Part shown: piece by piece, positions 39,319 through 52,829 of the stretch
Layout: each line of letters begins with the position of its first letter
Numbering within the stretch: position 1 is the first letter of the stretch
DNA from: Octopus vulgaris
Taxonomy: Eukaryota
Reading direction: 5' to 3'
DNA: 64,000 nt
Assembly: GCA_951406725.2 (NCBI GenBank)
Contig: OX597828.1
Location: 35,898,001 to 35,962,000 of the forward strand
Notes under the pieces: model-generated
What the model saw: the letters and a program-made list of their open reading frames with translations, nothing else
Database searches by the model: none
What the model was told of the DNA's origin: nothing
Translations under genes and position numbers: made by a program

Positions 39319-39351
39319 TGCATATATAAATATATATATACACACACATGC

Positions 39352-39393
<42 letters not shown>

Positions 39394-39396
<3 letters not shown>

Positions 39397-39542
39397 GTGG
39401 TAAGTAGCTTACTTACCAACCACATGGTTCCAGGTTCAGTCCCACTGTGTGGTACCTTGGGCAAGTATCTTCAACTCTAGCCTTGGGCTGACCAAAGCCT
39501 TGTGAGTGGATTTGGTAGAGAGAAACTGAAAGAGGCCCGTTG

Positions 39543-39587
<45 letters not shown>

Positions 39588-39789
39588 TTGTGTGTCTGTA
39601 TTTGTCCCCCCACCATCGCTTAACAACCGATGTTGGTGTGTTTACATCTCCGTAACTTAGCGGTTCAGCAAAAGAGACCAATAGAATAACTACTAGGCTT
39701 ACAAAGAATAAGTCCTGTGTTCTAATTGTTCAACTAAAAAGGCGATGCTCCAGCATGGCCACAGTCAAATGACTGAAACAAGTACAAGA

Positions 39790-39792
<3 letters not shown>
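39394..39792 (+). mobile_element. SINE family A
   Basis: Head and tail present. Confidence 0.88.
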
Positions 39793-39826
<34 letters not shown>

Positions 39827-39829
39827 AGA

Positions 39830-39862
<33 letters not shown>

Positions 39863-39865
<3 letters not shown>

Positions 39866-40097
39866 CCTCTGGCCGAAATCAGATCGCCATGTTGATTCGT
39901 TAGCTACTGCACGCATTTTTTTTCTCTCCTTCTTTCTGTGTTTTTCTCTCTCTGTGTATCTTTCTGTTGAAGAGCGTAGGCTCGAAACGTTAAAGACTTG
40001 TTTTATTTATATTTCCTGAGCGCCATACTAATACAATTATTCGTTTGTTTTCCACCTGCCTTCGTCTTTTGTTTATTTTCATAAAGCTTCCCGTTAT
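39863..40097 (+). mobile_element. (TA)n-embedded element with a degenerate minimal hammerhead-like motif (39959-39996)
   Basis: TCTTT-CTGTTGA-A-GAGC gtag GCTC-GAAA-CG-TT-AAAGA; distant relative of 34061-34267. Confidence 0.55.
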
Positions 40098-40954
40098 ATA
40101 TATATATATATAGACACACGCATACACACAACATAAATTCCAAGAATGTCTTCTTTAATTCTTTATTAATGTACTTTTTTGTATAGCTTTCACATAGTTA
40201 TTGAAATTTTGCTATATTCTTTCATTCTTTCATTCAGCACCCTCTCTATCTATCTATCTATCAATCTATCTTTAGCTACTGTCAAAGCCTCTGTAGGACT
40301 GCTAAACCTGCTAGAAATAGCAGCTAAATCGCCTTCAAACCCTATCCTAGTAGCTTAAAATAATAATACAAAAGAGGTTACATCAGATAATATAATCCTA
40401 AATACACTTTGCCTGAATTATAAACATCAAGCACTATCTTGTCTAAAATATCTTACACTATCAGAGTTGACCGGGGGTGGGGTTAATCACGACAACCACC
40501 ACCTCCATTATCATCATCATCATCAACAACAACAACATCAACATAAAAACAGCATTGCATTTAAACCTCCAGTTGACTCATCAGATTACATAAAGAGAAT
40601 TGCTGATTCCCATGGTGCGAACACATAGATATCAGATTGTGATTTCTGCATATTTGAAATGACTGTTGGCTGGTGGGCGCAAACGATAAAAGACTAGCGT
40701 TGCAGTTATTTCTAAACCTAAAGGTTGGGAGTAAGGAGTTCATATGTCACCTTTGCAAGCTTTTAGCCATACGAACAGTAAAGCACTTCAAAATAAATCA
40801 ACTAAAATATTATCTCATTCGCTTCATTTAACAAGACATATTAAATTACCTCATAGGTGTGTCTGTTTCTCAGTAGATCCACAATTATTTAGGGCTTTCC
40901 CTCTCTCTCTTTCGGAGAGGCACAAGCACCTACACGTACATGTACACACACGGC

Positions 40955-41100
40955 AGTAACTTCCACCTACCGAATTCAATCACAAAGCTCCGGTCAGCTC
41001 GGGGCTATAGTGGAAGACACCTACCCAAAGTGCCACGCAGTGGGGACTGAACCCGAAACCATGTAGCTAGGAAGCAAGCTCCCTAACCACACAGCCATGC
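40955..41100 (-). mobile_element. SINE family A head
   Basis: Reverse complement of tRNA-like head. Confidence 0.8.
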
Positions 41101-41142
<42 letters not shown>

Positions 41143-41361
41143 CTATGGCGGGTGTTATATTCCAAAACCTCCCACAGAAATAATTAAAATCTAAAAAATA
41201 TAAATTCCTATCAACTACAGAAACCTGTGATATACTGAGGAGTCTGCGATATAAATTTACAAATATTAGCCAGAAAAATCCGCGATGTACTGAGTGCACG
41301 ACAGGTGAACTGTGATATGGCATGGGATTGCTGTATATATTCATACATATATTTTATAATA

Positions 41362-43003
41362 TCATCATCATCATCATCATCATAGTTTAACGTCCGTTTT
41401 CAATACTAGCATGGGTTGGACGGTTCGACTGGGATCTGGGAAACCAGGAGGCTGCACCAGGCTCTGGTCTGATCTGGCAGTGTTTCTACAACTGGATATC
41501 CTTCCTAACGCCAACTACTCTGTGAGTGTAATGGGTGCTTTTTACGTGCAACCGGCACAGGGGCCACAGGAGGCTAGCAAACGGCCACAATCGGTTGGTG
41601 CTTTTATGTGTCACCAGCACTGGTATCTTAACTACAATTTCCATTTGATTTTGATTTTGATGTTGTCGTTGATGTACTTGACTCAATAGGTCTCCTCAAG
41701 AACAGCGGGTAACTCTACAATCCAAGGTTAGCACAGCAGGCCATCCTGTGAGCCATAAACTCACTTCATTTGTCAGGTCTTCACAGTCATAGCATATCTC
41801 CAGAGGTCTTGGTCTTTCGTCATAGCCTCTGTGAGGCCCAATGTACGAAGGTCATGTTTGACCACCTCGTCCCATGTCTTCCTGTGTCTACCTCTACCCA
41901 GGATTCCTTCAACAGTTTGGGAGTGGCACTTCTTCACACATCTCTCCTCATCCATCTGTAGTACATGACCATACCGACGCAAATGTCTCTCCTGCATGCT
42001 GCATCCAATGCTTCTTATGTCCAACATTTTTCTCAGGGCGCTTACACTCTGTTGTGCATAGACACTGACATAACACATCCAGCGGATCATGCTAGCTTAA
42101 TTTCTTTCGAGCCTATGCATGTCCTCCGCAGTCACAGCCCATGTTTCACTGCCGTGAAGTATGGCAGTTCGCACACATGCGTCATACAATCTACCTTTCA
42201 CTCTGAGCGAGAGACCCTTTGTCGCCAGTAGGGGAAGAAGCTTTCTAAACTTTGCCCAGGCTATTCTTATTCCAGTGGTAACACTCTCTGAGCATCCACC
42301 CCTGCTACTAACTTGGTCACCTAGGTAGCGGAAACTATCAACTACTTCCAGTTTCTCCCCCAGGAATATCAAGGGTGTCTATTGCCCCTTTGCATCTGCC
42401 ACACACAAAAGCTATCTTCTTGGTTAATTTTCCTTTGATGTTGCTGCACCTCTTATGTGTCCATAGCTTATACTGGGTACATCTTATGGGGTTTCTACCT
42501 ACACCTTTTCTACAGATCGAGCAGGGCCACCTACCTGAAGTGGTGTGTGGTGAGTTTGCCTTCCTACTTACTAGAACTTTGGTCTTTGCTACATTGACTC
42601 TAAGGCCTTTTGATTCTAAACCTAGCTTCTTCACACAAAATTTCTTCTCTAGTTCCGGTAGTGATTCTGCTATGAGGGCTAGGTCATCAGCATAGAGGAG
42701 CTCCCAGGGGCATCCCATCTTGAATTCCTCTGTTATTGCCTGGAGGACTATGATGAATAGAAGGGGACTGAGAGCTGAGCCTTGGTGGATGCCAACTTCT
42801 AACCAGAATTCTTCATTGTACTCCTTGCCAATCCTAACCTTACTAACAGCCTCTCTGTAAAGGACCTGTACAGCCCTTATTAACCATTCATCAATCTCCA
42901 GTTTCTACATCGCCCACCAGATAAGGGATCGGGGGACCCTGTCAAAGGCTTGATAAGGGATCAGGGGACCCTGTCAAAGGCTTGATAAGGGATCGGGGAC
43001 CCT
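41362..43003 (-). mobile_element. 5'-truncated RTE-clade LINE with 3' UTR and (GAT)n tail
   Basis: RT motifs AFDRV, GIHQGSALSPLLF, LLYADDL, FRYLG, then GRGRHRKTW; frameshifts and stops. Confidence 0.93.
41773..42950 (-). pseudogene. RTE reverse transcriptase, C-terminal half, with a Cys/His-rich insert
   Basis: ORF pieces 42338-42718, 42097-42372, 41773-42090; YADD catalytic motif. Confidence 0.9.
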
Positions 43004-43849
43004 AATATCTGATATGGCATGCTTACTACAGCTGGATGCCTTTCTTAACACCAACCACTCTGACAGTGTAATGGGTGCTTTTACGTGCCACTGGCATGGG
43101 TGCCATTCATGGGACACTAGTATCTGCCACATCTGCAATTTTACATGGCTTGATGGGTCTTCTTCTCAAGCACAACATAATGCCAAAGGTCTCCCTCTGT
43201 GAGGCCCAACACTTGAAATGGGCTTTTCACATTTCTTCTTCAAAATCTAGCATGAACTGTCTATTCAGACTGACATTATCTTCAGATTCCATTAAAAATG
43301 GCTTTTTTCTTCCAATAGTGATTATTCTTAATCATACAGAATCAAGTCTGGAATTCTTCCATGAGTAATTAGTCGCTCAAAATTTACCATATTTGATCAC
43401 TCAAGAATTCATTATTAAACATGTTGAAAGATGTTTATTAAACTAAAAGCATTTGGCATATTAACCACAACGAATTAACAATATAAGTGTTTGTAGATTT
43501 GCAACTTTGATAAATGATTGTGATGACATTGGCAAACTTGCAGAATCATTGGAATATGAGAAATAAAGGTACTTTGCAGTATTTTTTGTGGCTCAATATG
43601 TTTTGTGTTGAAATTCAATTGAAGACAATTTTGCCTTTCTATTGGTATTGATAAAATAAAATATCAATCAAACACTGGTTGAGTGAGAGTGAGAGAGGGA
43701 GATTTGCCCAAGGTACCATGCAATGGCAGTGAACATAAAACCACATGGTTGCAAAGTAAACTTGTTAATTACATGGCCTTATACTTGCCAAAACATTATT
43801 TTTAAGATAGCATGTTAGCACTAGGACAGACAGACAGATATAATTATAT

Positions 43850-43909
43850 AACTAGATAGTCAGACAGATAGACCAGCAGAGAGACTGACAGATAAATATA
43901 TAGATAGAA

Positions 43910-43958
<49 letters not shown>

Positions 43959-43979
43959 GACAGACAGACAGACAGATAA

Positions 43980-44047
<68 letters not shown>

Positions 44048-44068
44048 GTAGGTAGGTAGGTAGGTAGG

Positions 44069-44102
<34 letters not shown>

Positions 44103-44262
44103 GGCAGACAGGCAGACAGACAGACAGGCAGGCAGACAGAGAGACAGACAGACAGACCGACAGGCAGACAGGCAGGCAGACAGACAGACAGACAGACAGA
44201 TAGATAGCTAGATAGATAGATAGATAAGTACATAGACAGACACGTAGGATAGCTAGATAGAT
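43850..44262. repeat. (CATA)n(GATA)n(GGTA)n(GACA)n compound microsatellite
   Basis: Direct reading. Confidence 0.95.
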
Positions 44263-44671
44263 ATAATTGTATATCAGACTATTGCTAAATCTAAAGTCTC
44301 CCTGATGTCTTCCTGATTTTGTTGTTTTCCTGAATCCTGTTGTTGATTCTAATAATCTCCCTGTTGAGGTTATCCACACTTTTAATATTCTCGGTACTTT
44401 ATTTACACAGGAACTTAAAAAAAACAAAGCTCCCACCATCGCCACATCATCAACACTTCACAGGATTCTATTGTCAGAGGCTTTTGCCACGGAGATCAAT
44501 AATTAATTAGATAACTGCGTCATCAAAGCAAATACCTTTTTTTTTTTATTTGTTTATTTGTTTGTTTCTATTTTTGTTTCTGTAAATGATCTGACATTCT
44601 TTTATCTATCTAGCCTGGTTGGATGGAGTCAGCTCAAAGATAATTAACAAACATCATTAACAAACATAGGA

Positions 44672-45238
44672 ACAGGCATAGCTGTGTGGTAAGACGCTTG
44701 CTTCTCAACCACATGGTTCTGGGTTCAGTCCCACTGTGTAGAACCTAGGGTAAGTGTCTTCTACTATAGCCTAGGGCCGACCAAAGCCTTGTGAGAGGAT
44801 TTGGTAGACAGAAACTGAAAGGAGCCCGTGGGGCCAGTGCCCTGCTGACTGGCTCTTGTGCCAGTGGCATGTATAAAGCACCATCCGAATGTAGTCAATG
44901 CCAGATCTGCCAGACTGGCCCCTGTACTGGTGGCACGAAGAAAGCACCAACCAAACGTGGCCAATGCCAGTACCCCCAGACTGACTCCTGTACCGATGGC
45001 ACATACAAAGCACCATTCGAACATGGTCGATGCCAAATCTGCCTTACTGAACACAAAAAGCACCCACTACAATCTCAGAGTGGTTGGCATTAGGAAGGAC
45101 AGGAACTCAGCCAGACCAGATTGGAGCCTGGTGCAGCTCCTGGCTCTCTAGACCTCAGTCAAACGATCCAACACATGCCAGCATGGAAAACGGACGTAAA
45201 TCAATGATGAAGATGATGATGATGATGATGATGATGAT
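44672..45238 (+). mobile_element. Composite SINE: family A tRNA head plus RTE-derived family B tail
   Basis: Head to 44830 then GTGGCAC subrepeats and (GAT)n. Confidence 0.82.
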
Positions 45239-45242
45239 ATAC

Positions 45243-45757
45243 ATCATCATCATTGTCGTTTAATGTCCACTTTCCATGCTGGCATTGGTTGGATGGTTTG
45301 ACTGAAGAGTGGCGAGCCAGAAGGCTGCACCAGACTCTAATCTGATCTGGCAAAGTTTCTACAGATGGATGCCCCTCCTAATGCCAACCACTCCGAGTGT
45401 AGTGGGTGCTTTTACGTGCTGCCAGCATGAGGGCCAATCAGGTGACACTCACTGGCAACGATCACGCTCATATGTACATGTGTATGTATGTATGTATCTA
45501 TGTATGTATATATATATATCTATGTATATGTGCATATATGCATATATATATATATCATCATCATCATCATCATTGTCATCGTCGTTTAATGCCCACTTTC
45601 CATACTGGCATGGGTTAGATCATTTGACTGAGGGCTGGCAAACCAGAAGGCTGCACCAGGTTCCAATCTCATCTGGCAAAGTTTCTACAGCTGGATGCCC
45701 TTCCTAACGCCAACCACTCCGTGAGTGTAATGGGTGCTTTTTACTTGCCACCAGCAC
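45243..45757 (-). mobile_element. Two family B tails in tandem
   Basis: 45243-45470 and 45555-45757. Confidence 0.8.
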
Positions 45758-46294
45758 ATATGTATATATATGTGCATGTATGTGTGTGTCTTTGTGTCTG
45801 TTTGTCCCCTCAACATTGCTTTACACCCAATGTTAGTGTGTTTACGTCCCCGTAAGTTACCGGTTCAGCAATAGAGACCAATGTAATAAATACTAAGCTT
45901 ACAAAGAATAAGTCCTGGGGTTGATTTGTTTGACTAAAGGCGGTGCTCCATCATGGCCGCAGTCAAAACGACTGCAACAAACAAAGGAATAAAAGAAAAA
46001 AGAATAAAATGAATAAACAAAGCGGTACAGGTATGGCAGTGGTGGTGAAGACGTTAGCTTCTCAGCCACATGGTTTCTGAGTTCGGTAAGAAACTGTTTC
46101 TACCATAGACACAAAATCAGAAATCTGGCAAAAGGCAGTACCATATTTTCTGGCATACAAGTTGAATTTTTTAGACTAAAATTTACAGCTTAAAAGAAAG
46201 ATGAGTCGACTTATACACCAAAACAACTTTGGAGGATCAAACATTTAATATGAAATGCAGCAGCATTTGGAATGAAAAATGATGTTTGACTGTT

Positions 46295-46811
46295 TACCGT
46301 AAATCCTCGAGTATAATCCGCATTTTTTTCCCAAAATTTAAAAGGTCAAAATCCCTAGTGCGTACTATATACGAGGTTAAAAATGAAAATTATTTTCTAA
46401 GCAATGTCCGAGACTCTATTTGCTGTCCGGCAATGTTTATTCAGATGCATTTTGTGATGTCGGGCATGAAAATACCTTAGGCTAAGCCTGAAAGCAATGA
46501 AGTCATACAAGAATCATCCATAACTTGCAGTAAGCAACATTTATTAAATGTTATTACTGTTATTTCTTTATTTTCTGCAAACAAAATGCACAAAAAAGCT
46601 ACACATTTGCATTATGTTATATATACAATAATAATACAGGACGTTACCGTACACATTTTTACAAACCAACGATGTTATATAGACCTCCTTGACTCAAGTT
46701 AGAGAAGGGGTACATATTATACACAAGGTTTAGGTTTTTCAGAGGTACAGACCCCTAAAAATCCCCTGCGTATTATACTCAAGTGCGGACTATACTCGAG
46801 GATTTCCGGTA
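46295..46811 (-). mobile_element. MITE, inverse copy of 25031-25556
   Basis: TACCGTAAATCCTCGAGTATA ... TATACTCGAGGATTTCCGGTA. Confidence 0.87.
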
Positions 46812-46821
46812 TACTACATTT

Positions 46822-47220
46822 TCTTTTATTCTTTTACTTGTTTCAGTCATTTTTGGCTGTGGCCATACTGGAGCACCGCCTTCAGTCAAGCAAATCAACT
46901 CCAGGACTTACTCTTTGTAAGCCTAGTACTTATTCTATCGATCTCTTTTGCCAAACCACTAAGTTACGGGGAGGTAAACACACCAGCATTGGTTGTCAAG
47001 CAATGGTGGAGGACAAACACACACACACACACACACACAAACACTCACACACACACATATATGACGGGCTTCTTTCAGTTTCTGTCTACCAAATCCACTC
47101 ACAAGGCTTTGGTCAGCCCGAGGCTATAGTAGAAGACACTTGCCCAAGGTGGCATGCAGTGAGACTGAACCCGGAACCATGTGGTTGGTAAGCAAGCTAC
47201 TTACCACACAGCCACTCCTA
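46822..47220 (-). mobile_element. SINE family A
   Basis: Full length. Confidence 0.9.
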
Positions 47221-47224
47221 TGTG

Positions 47225-47500
47225 TGAAGGTACTTGGCTTAGTGGTTAAGGTATATGGCTCATGATCGCAAGGTAGTGAATTCAATTCCCGGCAGCACTT
47301 TGTGTCCTTGAGCAAGACACTTTATTTTATGTTGCTCTAATCCACTCAGCTGGCAAAAATGACTTGTACTTTGTAATTCAAAGGGCCAGTCTTGTCACAT
47401 CCTGAGGACTATGTGAAGGGTACACATATCTGTGAAGTACTTGGCCACTAACATGTTAATTCCACAAGCAGGAACCCTCATCATCACAACCAACAGGGTG
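47225..47500 (+). mobile_element. SINE family D
   Basis: TGGCTTAGTGGTTAAGG...TTCAATTCCCGGC...CCTTGAGCAAGACACTT. Confidence 0.75.
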
Positions 47501-47974
47501 CTAGTTATACACCTTATTGACTCGGATGCTGGAAAATGCAGTAGTTAATTACATCGACACCGTATTTGACTGATATGGTATGTCACTGAAGTAGTAGTAG
47601 TAGTAGTAGTAGTAGTCCTGGGTATGAATTTGCACTGCTGTGGGACCCTGATTCAAGAGCTGCAAGATTTTTGAGGCATGTGGAGCCACCTCTTAGCCAC
47701 CACTATACCCAGGTCTACTGTGACCCAGAATAGTAGCACCTGTCAGGATCCAAGTTATGGTTCAACTAACATGTCACAGAAGAAGTCATTCACAGACAAC
47801 CTCCACCCCCAACAGAATCAGGGCAGATGTGACTCTTCATGAAAGGAGAAATAGTAAGGTTACTTGGGGGCTAGGAACTTGATTCTGAAAACAGACCAGA
47901 GACAGTTAAGCTATTGTCTCTGCAATACCATTGACTAACAATAAAAGTAAAAAAAAAAAGCCAACCAGTAGTAG

Positions 47975-48222
47975 TGAAGGAGCATGGCTTAGTGGTTAGG
48001 GTGTTGGACTTATGATCGTAAAATTGTGGTTTCAATTCCGGGACAATGCGTTGTGTTCTTGATCAAAACACTTCCTTTCACGTTGCTCCAGTCCACTCAG
48101 CTGGCAAAAGTGAGTAATCCTGCGAAGGATTAGCATTCGATCCAGGTGAAGAATACATACACCATGGAAACCAGGAAACCAGCCCCATGAGTCTATATGA
48201 CTCAGGAAGAAACCTTCCTACA
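47975..48222 (+). mobile_element. SINE family D
   Basis: Same head as 47225. Confidence 0.75.
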
Positions 48223-48231
48223 ATTACAACC

Positions 48232-48275
<44 letters not shown>

Positions 48276-48774
48276 CCATACCACTGTGAAAGAAAATACT
48301 AGCTTCAACTTACCGGTAACAATGCTCTCAGCTTGGTTATCCAGTTTCTTAGAGACAAGCAACTAGTTCTTTGATAGACTACCGTATGATTAAATAGCAA
48401 CAAGCTCTTTGTTGACTAATCAAGAGGACCTAATTAATAAGTAGTGTCTGCGCTAATCTCTCTTTATATCTTCCTTGTTACAGTAATGTCTACCAACAAT
48501 AACCAGAATCACCATTCTCAAACTTCCTGAACTATTTCCAAGCAAAACAAAAATTCAAGTCATAATTATCTTAATACACACATACATACACACTCACACA
48601 CACACACATACACACACACATGCACACACGCAAATACAAACACACGCAAAAATATGTGTGTATTTATGTGTGTATGCACATACATATATATCCATACACA
48701 CATATGCACGCATATATATATATATACATATATATATATGTATATATAAATATATATATATATATAAATATATA

Positions 48775-49212
48775 TGGCTTCCATGCTGGTAGCATGTAAA
48801 AAGCACCAACCAGTCGTGGCCATTGCCAGCCTCTCCTGGCACCTGTGCCGATGGCATGTAAAAAGCACCCACTACACTCACAAAGTGGTTGGCGTTAGCA
48901 AGGGCATCCAGCTGTAGAAACACAGCCAGATCAGACTGGAGACTGGTGCAACCTCCTGGCTTTCCAGACCCCAGTCGAACCGTCCAACCCATGCTAGCAT
49001 GGAAAACGGACGTTAAACGATGTTGATGATGATGATGATGATATATTTATATATACATACTCTACAGAGTGGTTGGTGTTAGGAAGGGCATCAAGCCATA
49101 GAAACTATGCCAAAACAGACAGAAGTGTGGTACAGGCTCCTACCTGGCCAGCTCCTGTCAAACTGTCCAACCCATGACAACATGGAAGGCAGATGTTAAA
49201 CAATGATGATGT
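48775..49212 (+). mobile_element. Two family B tails
   Basis: 48775-49040 and 49065-49212, each ending (GAT)n. Confidence 0.8.
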
Positions 49213-49236
49213 TATGTACGTATGTATGTATGTATG

Positions 49237-49326
<90 letters not shown>

Positions 49327-49479
49327 CAGACAGATAGACAAACAGACAGATAGATAGATAGATAGACATACACATACATATGCACATATATGTATGTATT
49401 AATGTTTGTTTTTATGCTCAGCCAAAATAAAAACAATTTTACATTAATCTGAAAGGTTTTTCCAATCATTTGTAGAGTA

Positions 49480-49610
49480 CATATTTGCTACACTTCAACA
49501 AGAATAGTGTTGACAGTGATTTCGAAGCTTCAATTTTAGATGAAGGCTTAGCTGGCTGAAACTTCGCAGTCACTGTCAATAAAATTCTTCTTAAAGAACT
49601 ACAAATATGT
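49480..49610. repeat. Imperfect fold-back with a partial hammerhead-like 3' half
   Basis: TTGACAGTGA / TCACTGTCAA arms; GAAAC..GTC then AATAAA, but no CUGANGA. Confidence 0.5.
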
Positions 49611-49644
49611 ATGTATATATGTATCTATATACACACACACTTAT

Positions 49645-50075
49645 GTCAGGTCACTTTCGAGTGCTACTGGTAACATGTAACCCAGTTCAACCTGTTGCAT
49701 GGTCGGGTCGTCGGCGACTAAACCGTAACCCCACCAAGCTCGCTTGGTGAGGAGGGTGTTTATTGGTCACCTGCGGGGTTAAAAACAAAACCCATCAAAG
49801 GGTGGAGGAACTCTTGAGAGTCAACGGCCATCCAATAAATGTCTTAAGGCTGTATCATGTGCGGGGACATAGAAATAATCGGACTGAATACCCGATCGCG
49901 CAGTTAAACCATTGGGAGTGAAGGACTCCTAGCCTTTGTTAGGGCATCCTTCGAGGAGAAGTTAACTCAGGTAACTGGGATAACTCCGACATAAAAACCT
50001 GCGGCTCAGTGGTTACCGATGATGTTGACTTGTTCTTCTTTTCGGATTATGGCTGCTGTTGCTTAGTGAGTGGGA
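49645..50075 (+). mobile_element. GC-richer structured repeat resembling an RTE-type 5' UTR
   Basis: Hairpin GGCGACTAAAC..ACCAAGC tc GCTTGGT..GTTTATTGGTCACC; GGGCA.CC....GGAGAAG..AACTC motif; inference. Confidence 0.4.
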
Positions 50076-50169
50076 TTGACTCAGTCCACCCCAACTCATG
50101 CATCACAGACCATCTTCCACCTATCTCCCATATCCATCATTCTCTCCATCTATTCCTCAACCCTACTCT

Positions 50170-50580
50170 CTTTACTCTTTTACTTGTTTCAGTCATTTGA
50201 CTGTGGCCATGCTGGAGCACCTCCTTTAGTCGAGCAAAACGACCCCAGAACTTATTCTTTGTAAGCCTAGTACTTATTCTATCGATCTCTTTTGCCGAAC
50301 ACTACGTTACAGGACGTAAACACACCAGCATCGGTTGTCAAGCAATGTTGGGGGAACAAACACAGACACACAAACATACCCACACACACACACATACATA
50401 TATATATACATATATACGATGGGCTTCTTTTAGTTTCCGTTTACCAAATCTACTCACAAGGCTATGGTCGGCCCGAGGCTATAGTAGAAGTCACTTGCCC
50501 AAGGTGCCACGCAGTGAGACTGAACCCAGAACCATGTAGTTCGTTAGCAAACTACTTACCACACAGCCACTCCTACGCCT
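50170..50580 (-). mobile_element. SINE family A
   Basis: Full length. Confidence 0.9.
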
Positions 50581-51133
50581 ATGTCCCCACTCCCATTTCC
50601 TCTGTCACTTTCCCCTTCCATGTACTCCTACGTCTTTGTCCCTGATTTCTATTTCCACTTTAAATTTATATCCTTCCAGGTACTCCTGATTCCTTCACAC
50701 TCTCTCTCCTAAATGTGAGTAGCCATACAGCTCTTCTACAACAAGAACCTGCTCTATCAAGGTCCCCTCTCTCATACCGTAACACTCATCACCCAGCATA
50801 AAGACACATCCGCCCTACTCAAGTTTTGTGGGCCTGCAAGCAGCATGGTGACCTCACTAGTGATGGTGGCACAAGAAAAGCACCCAGTACATACTACATG
50901 AGTGGTTGGTGTTAGGAAGGACATCCAGCCAAAGAAGCCATGCCAAAGCAGACACTGGAACACAATGCAGTCCTTGGACCCGTCAGATCCTGTCAAACCA
51001 TGCAACCCATGCCAGCATGGAGCATGAACGTTAAATGTTGTTGATGATACATGTATGTATGTACGTATGTATGAATGTATGCATAAATAAATATACATAC
51101 ATACATACATATATATATATATATGTGTGTGTG

Positions 51134-51185
<52 letters not shown>

Positions 51186-51548
51186 TATATATGTATGTAT
51201 ATATATGTGTGTGTATATATACATATATATATATATATATTTATATATATACACAAATTTGTGTATGTATGTGTATATATATATATATATACACACACAG
51301 ACACACACATATATAGAGAGATAGAGAGATAGAGAGAGAGAGGGTGAGAGAGATAAAAATATAACTTTACTACGTGTGTGTGTGTGTGTGTGTGTGTGTA
51401 TAGGTATATGTATATATACATACATATAAACATATATCTATTGTAATGTGTGTGTGTACATATGTATATAAAAACAAAAGACAATCAGGAAATCTTTTTT
51501 TCCTTTCACACACACACACACACAGCTCTGTCATTCACTGGTATACCA

Positions 51549-51590
<42 letters not shown>

Positions 51591-52089
51591 ACATACCCCC
51601 TTTCCCTCATTCCACTCCCACTCTGAGGGAGACAAAAGTTGGTGGGGTTGCATAAACAAATCTAGAACAGCAGGAAATCTCAGGTGTCATAATGGAGATG
51701 GTATGGGTGAGAAATGACAAGAATCACAGGAACTAGGGACCACCCCAGGTCCTTTAATTATCACCTGCTTGCTGTGGAGTTTTGTTTTATTCATTGTTAA
51801 GGGATTTAGGAAGTAGTTGGTGGTGGTGGCGAACATTGTTTTTTTTTTGCTTTTTACTGTTTCTACATTTGGTTTTTATTAGGCTTTTTTACAAAACCTC
51901 CTTGTTATATAGATTCAAATCAAACCTAGCCAAACAGATATATGGTCGAAATATTTCCAGCCATGACCATTCCACCATTGTTTTTTTTTTATTTTTTAGA
52001 AAGGGATGGTATTTGCATTTTGTTTTTTTTATAGACCATTTTTAATATTTCTCTTAGACAAGGCGGCAAGTTGTTAGCCTGCTAAGCTT

Positions 52090-52311
52090 TACTCCTTTAC
52101 TTGTTTCAGCCACTTGACTATGGCCATGCTGGAGCACTGCCTTTAGTCACACAAATTAACTCCAGGACCTATTCTTTGTAAGCCAGGTACTTATTCTAGC
52201 GGTCTCTTTTGTTGAACTGTTAAGTTACAGGGACATAAACACACCAACATCGGTTGTCAAGCAATGGTGGGGGGGACAAACACAGACACGCAAATACACA
52301 CACATGCAAAT

Positions 52312-52342
<31 letters not shown>

Positions 52343-52500
52343 CGATGGATTCGTACAGATTCCGCCTACCAAATCCACTCACAAGGCTTTGGTCAACCCA
52401 AGGCTATAGTAGAAGACACTTGCCCAAGGTGCCATGCAGTGGGACTGAACCTGGAACCATATGGTTGGGAAGCAAGCTTCTTACCACACAGCCACTCCTC
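52090..52500 (-). mobile_element. SINE family A
   Basis: Full length. Confidence 0.88.
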
Positions 52501-52829
52501 CATTTCATCTATTATTATAATCTGAGTTCAAATTCCGCTGAGGTCGACTTTACCTTTCATCCTTTCGGGGTCACTAAAATAAGTACCATGCAAGCACTGG
52601 GGTCAATGTAATTGACTTAACCCCCTCCCTGATGTCGCCGGCCTTGTGCCAAAATTTGAAACCAATATTTCATTTAGGCATTGTGAGACTAATCACCTGG
52701 TGTAGAACTCAATACATGTATGCTACAGAATGAAACATTGGTCGAGTACAGAGCAGTGGTAAGAAAATGAGATGACAAAGGAATAAACGATTATCTGATG
52801 GACTTCATTAGCTTACAACTGATATTCAA

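Noticed and set aside
41138-41340. Possible Tigger-like MITE
   Set aside because: Terminal inverted match too weak to support
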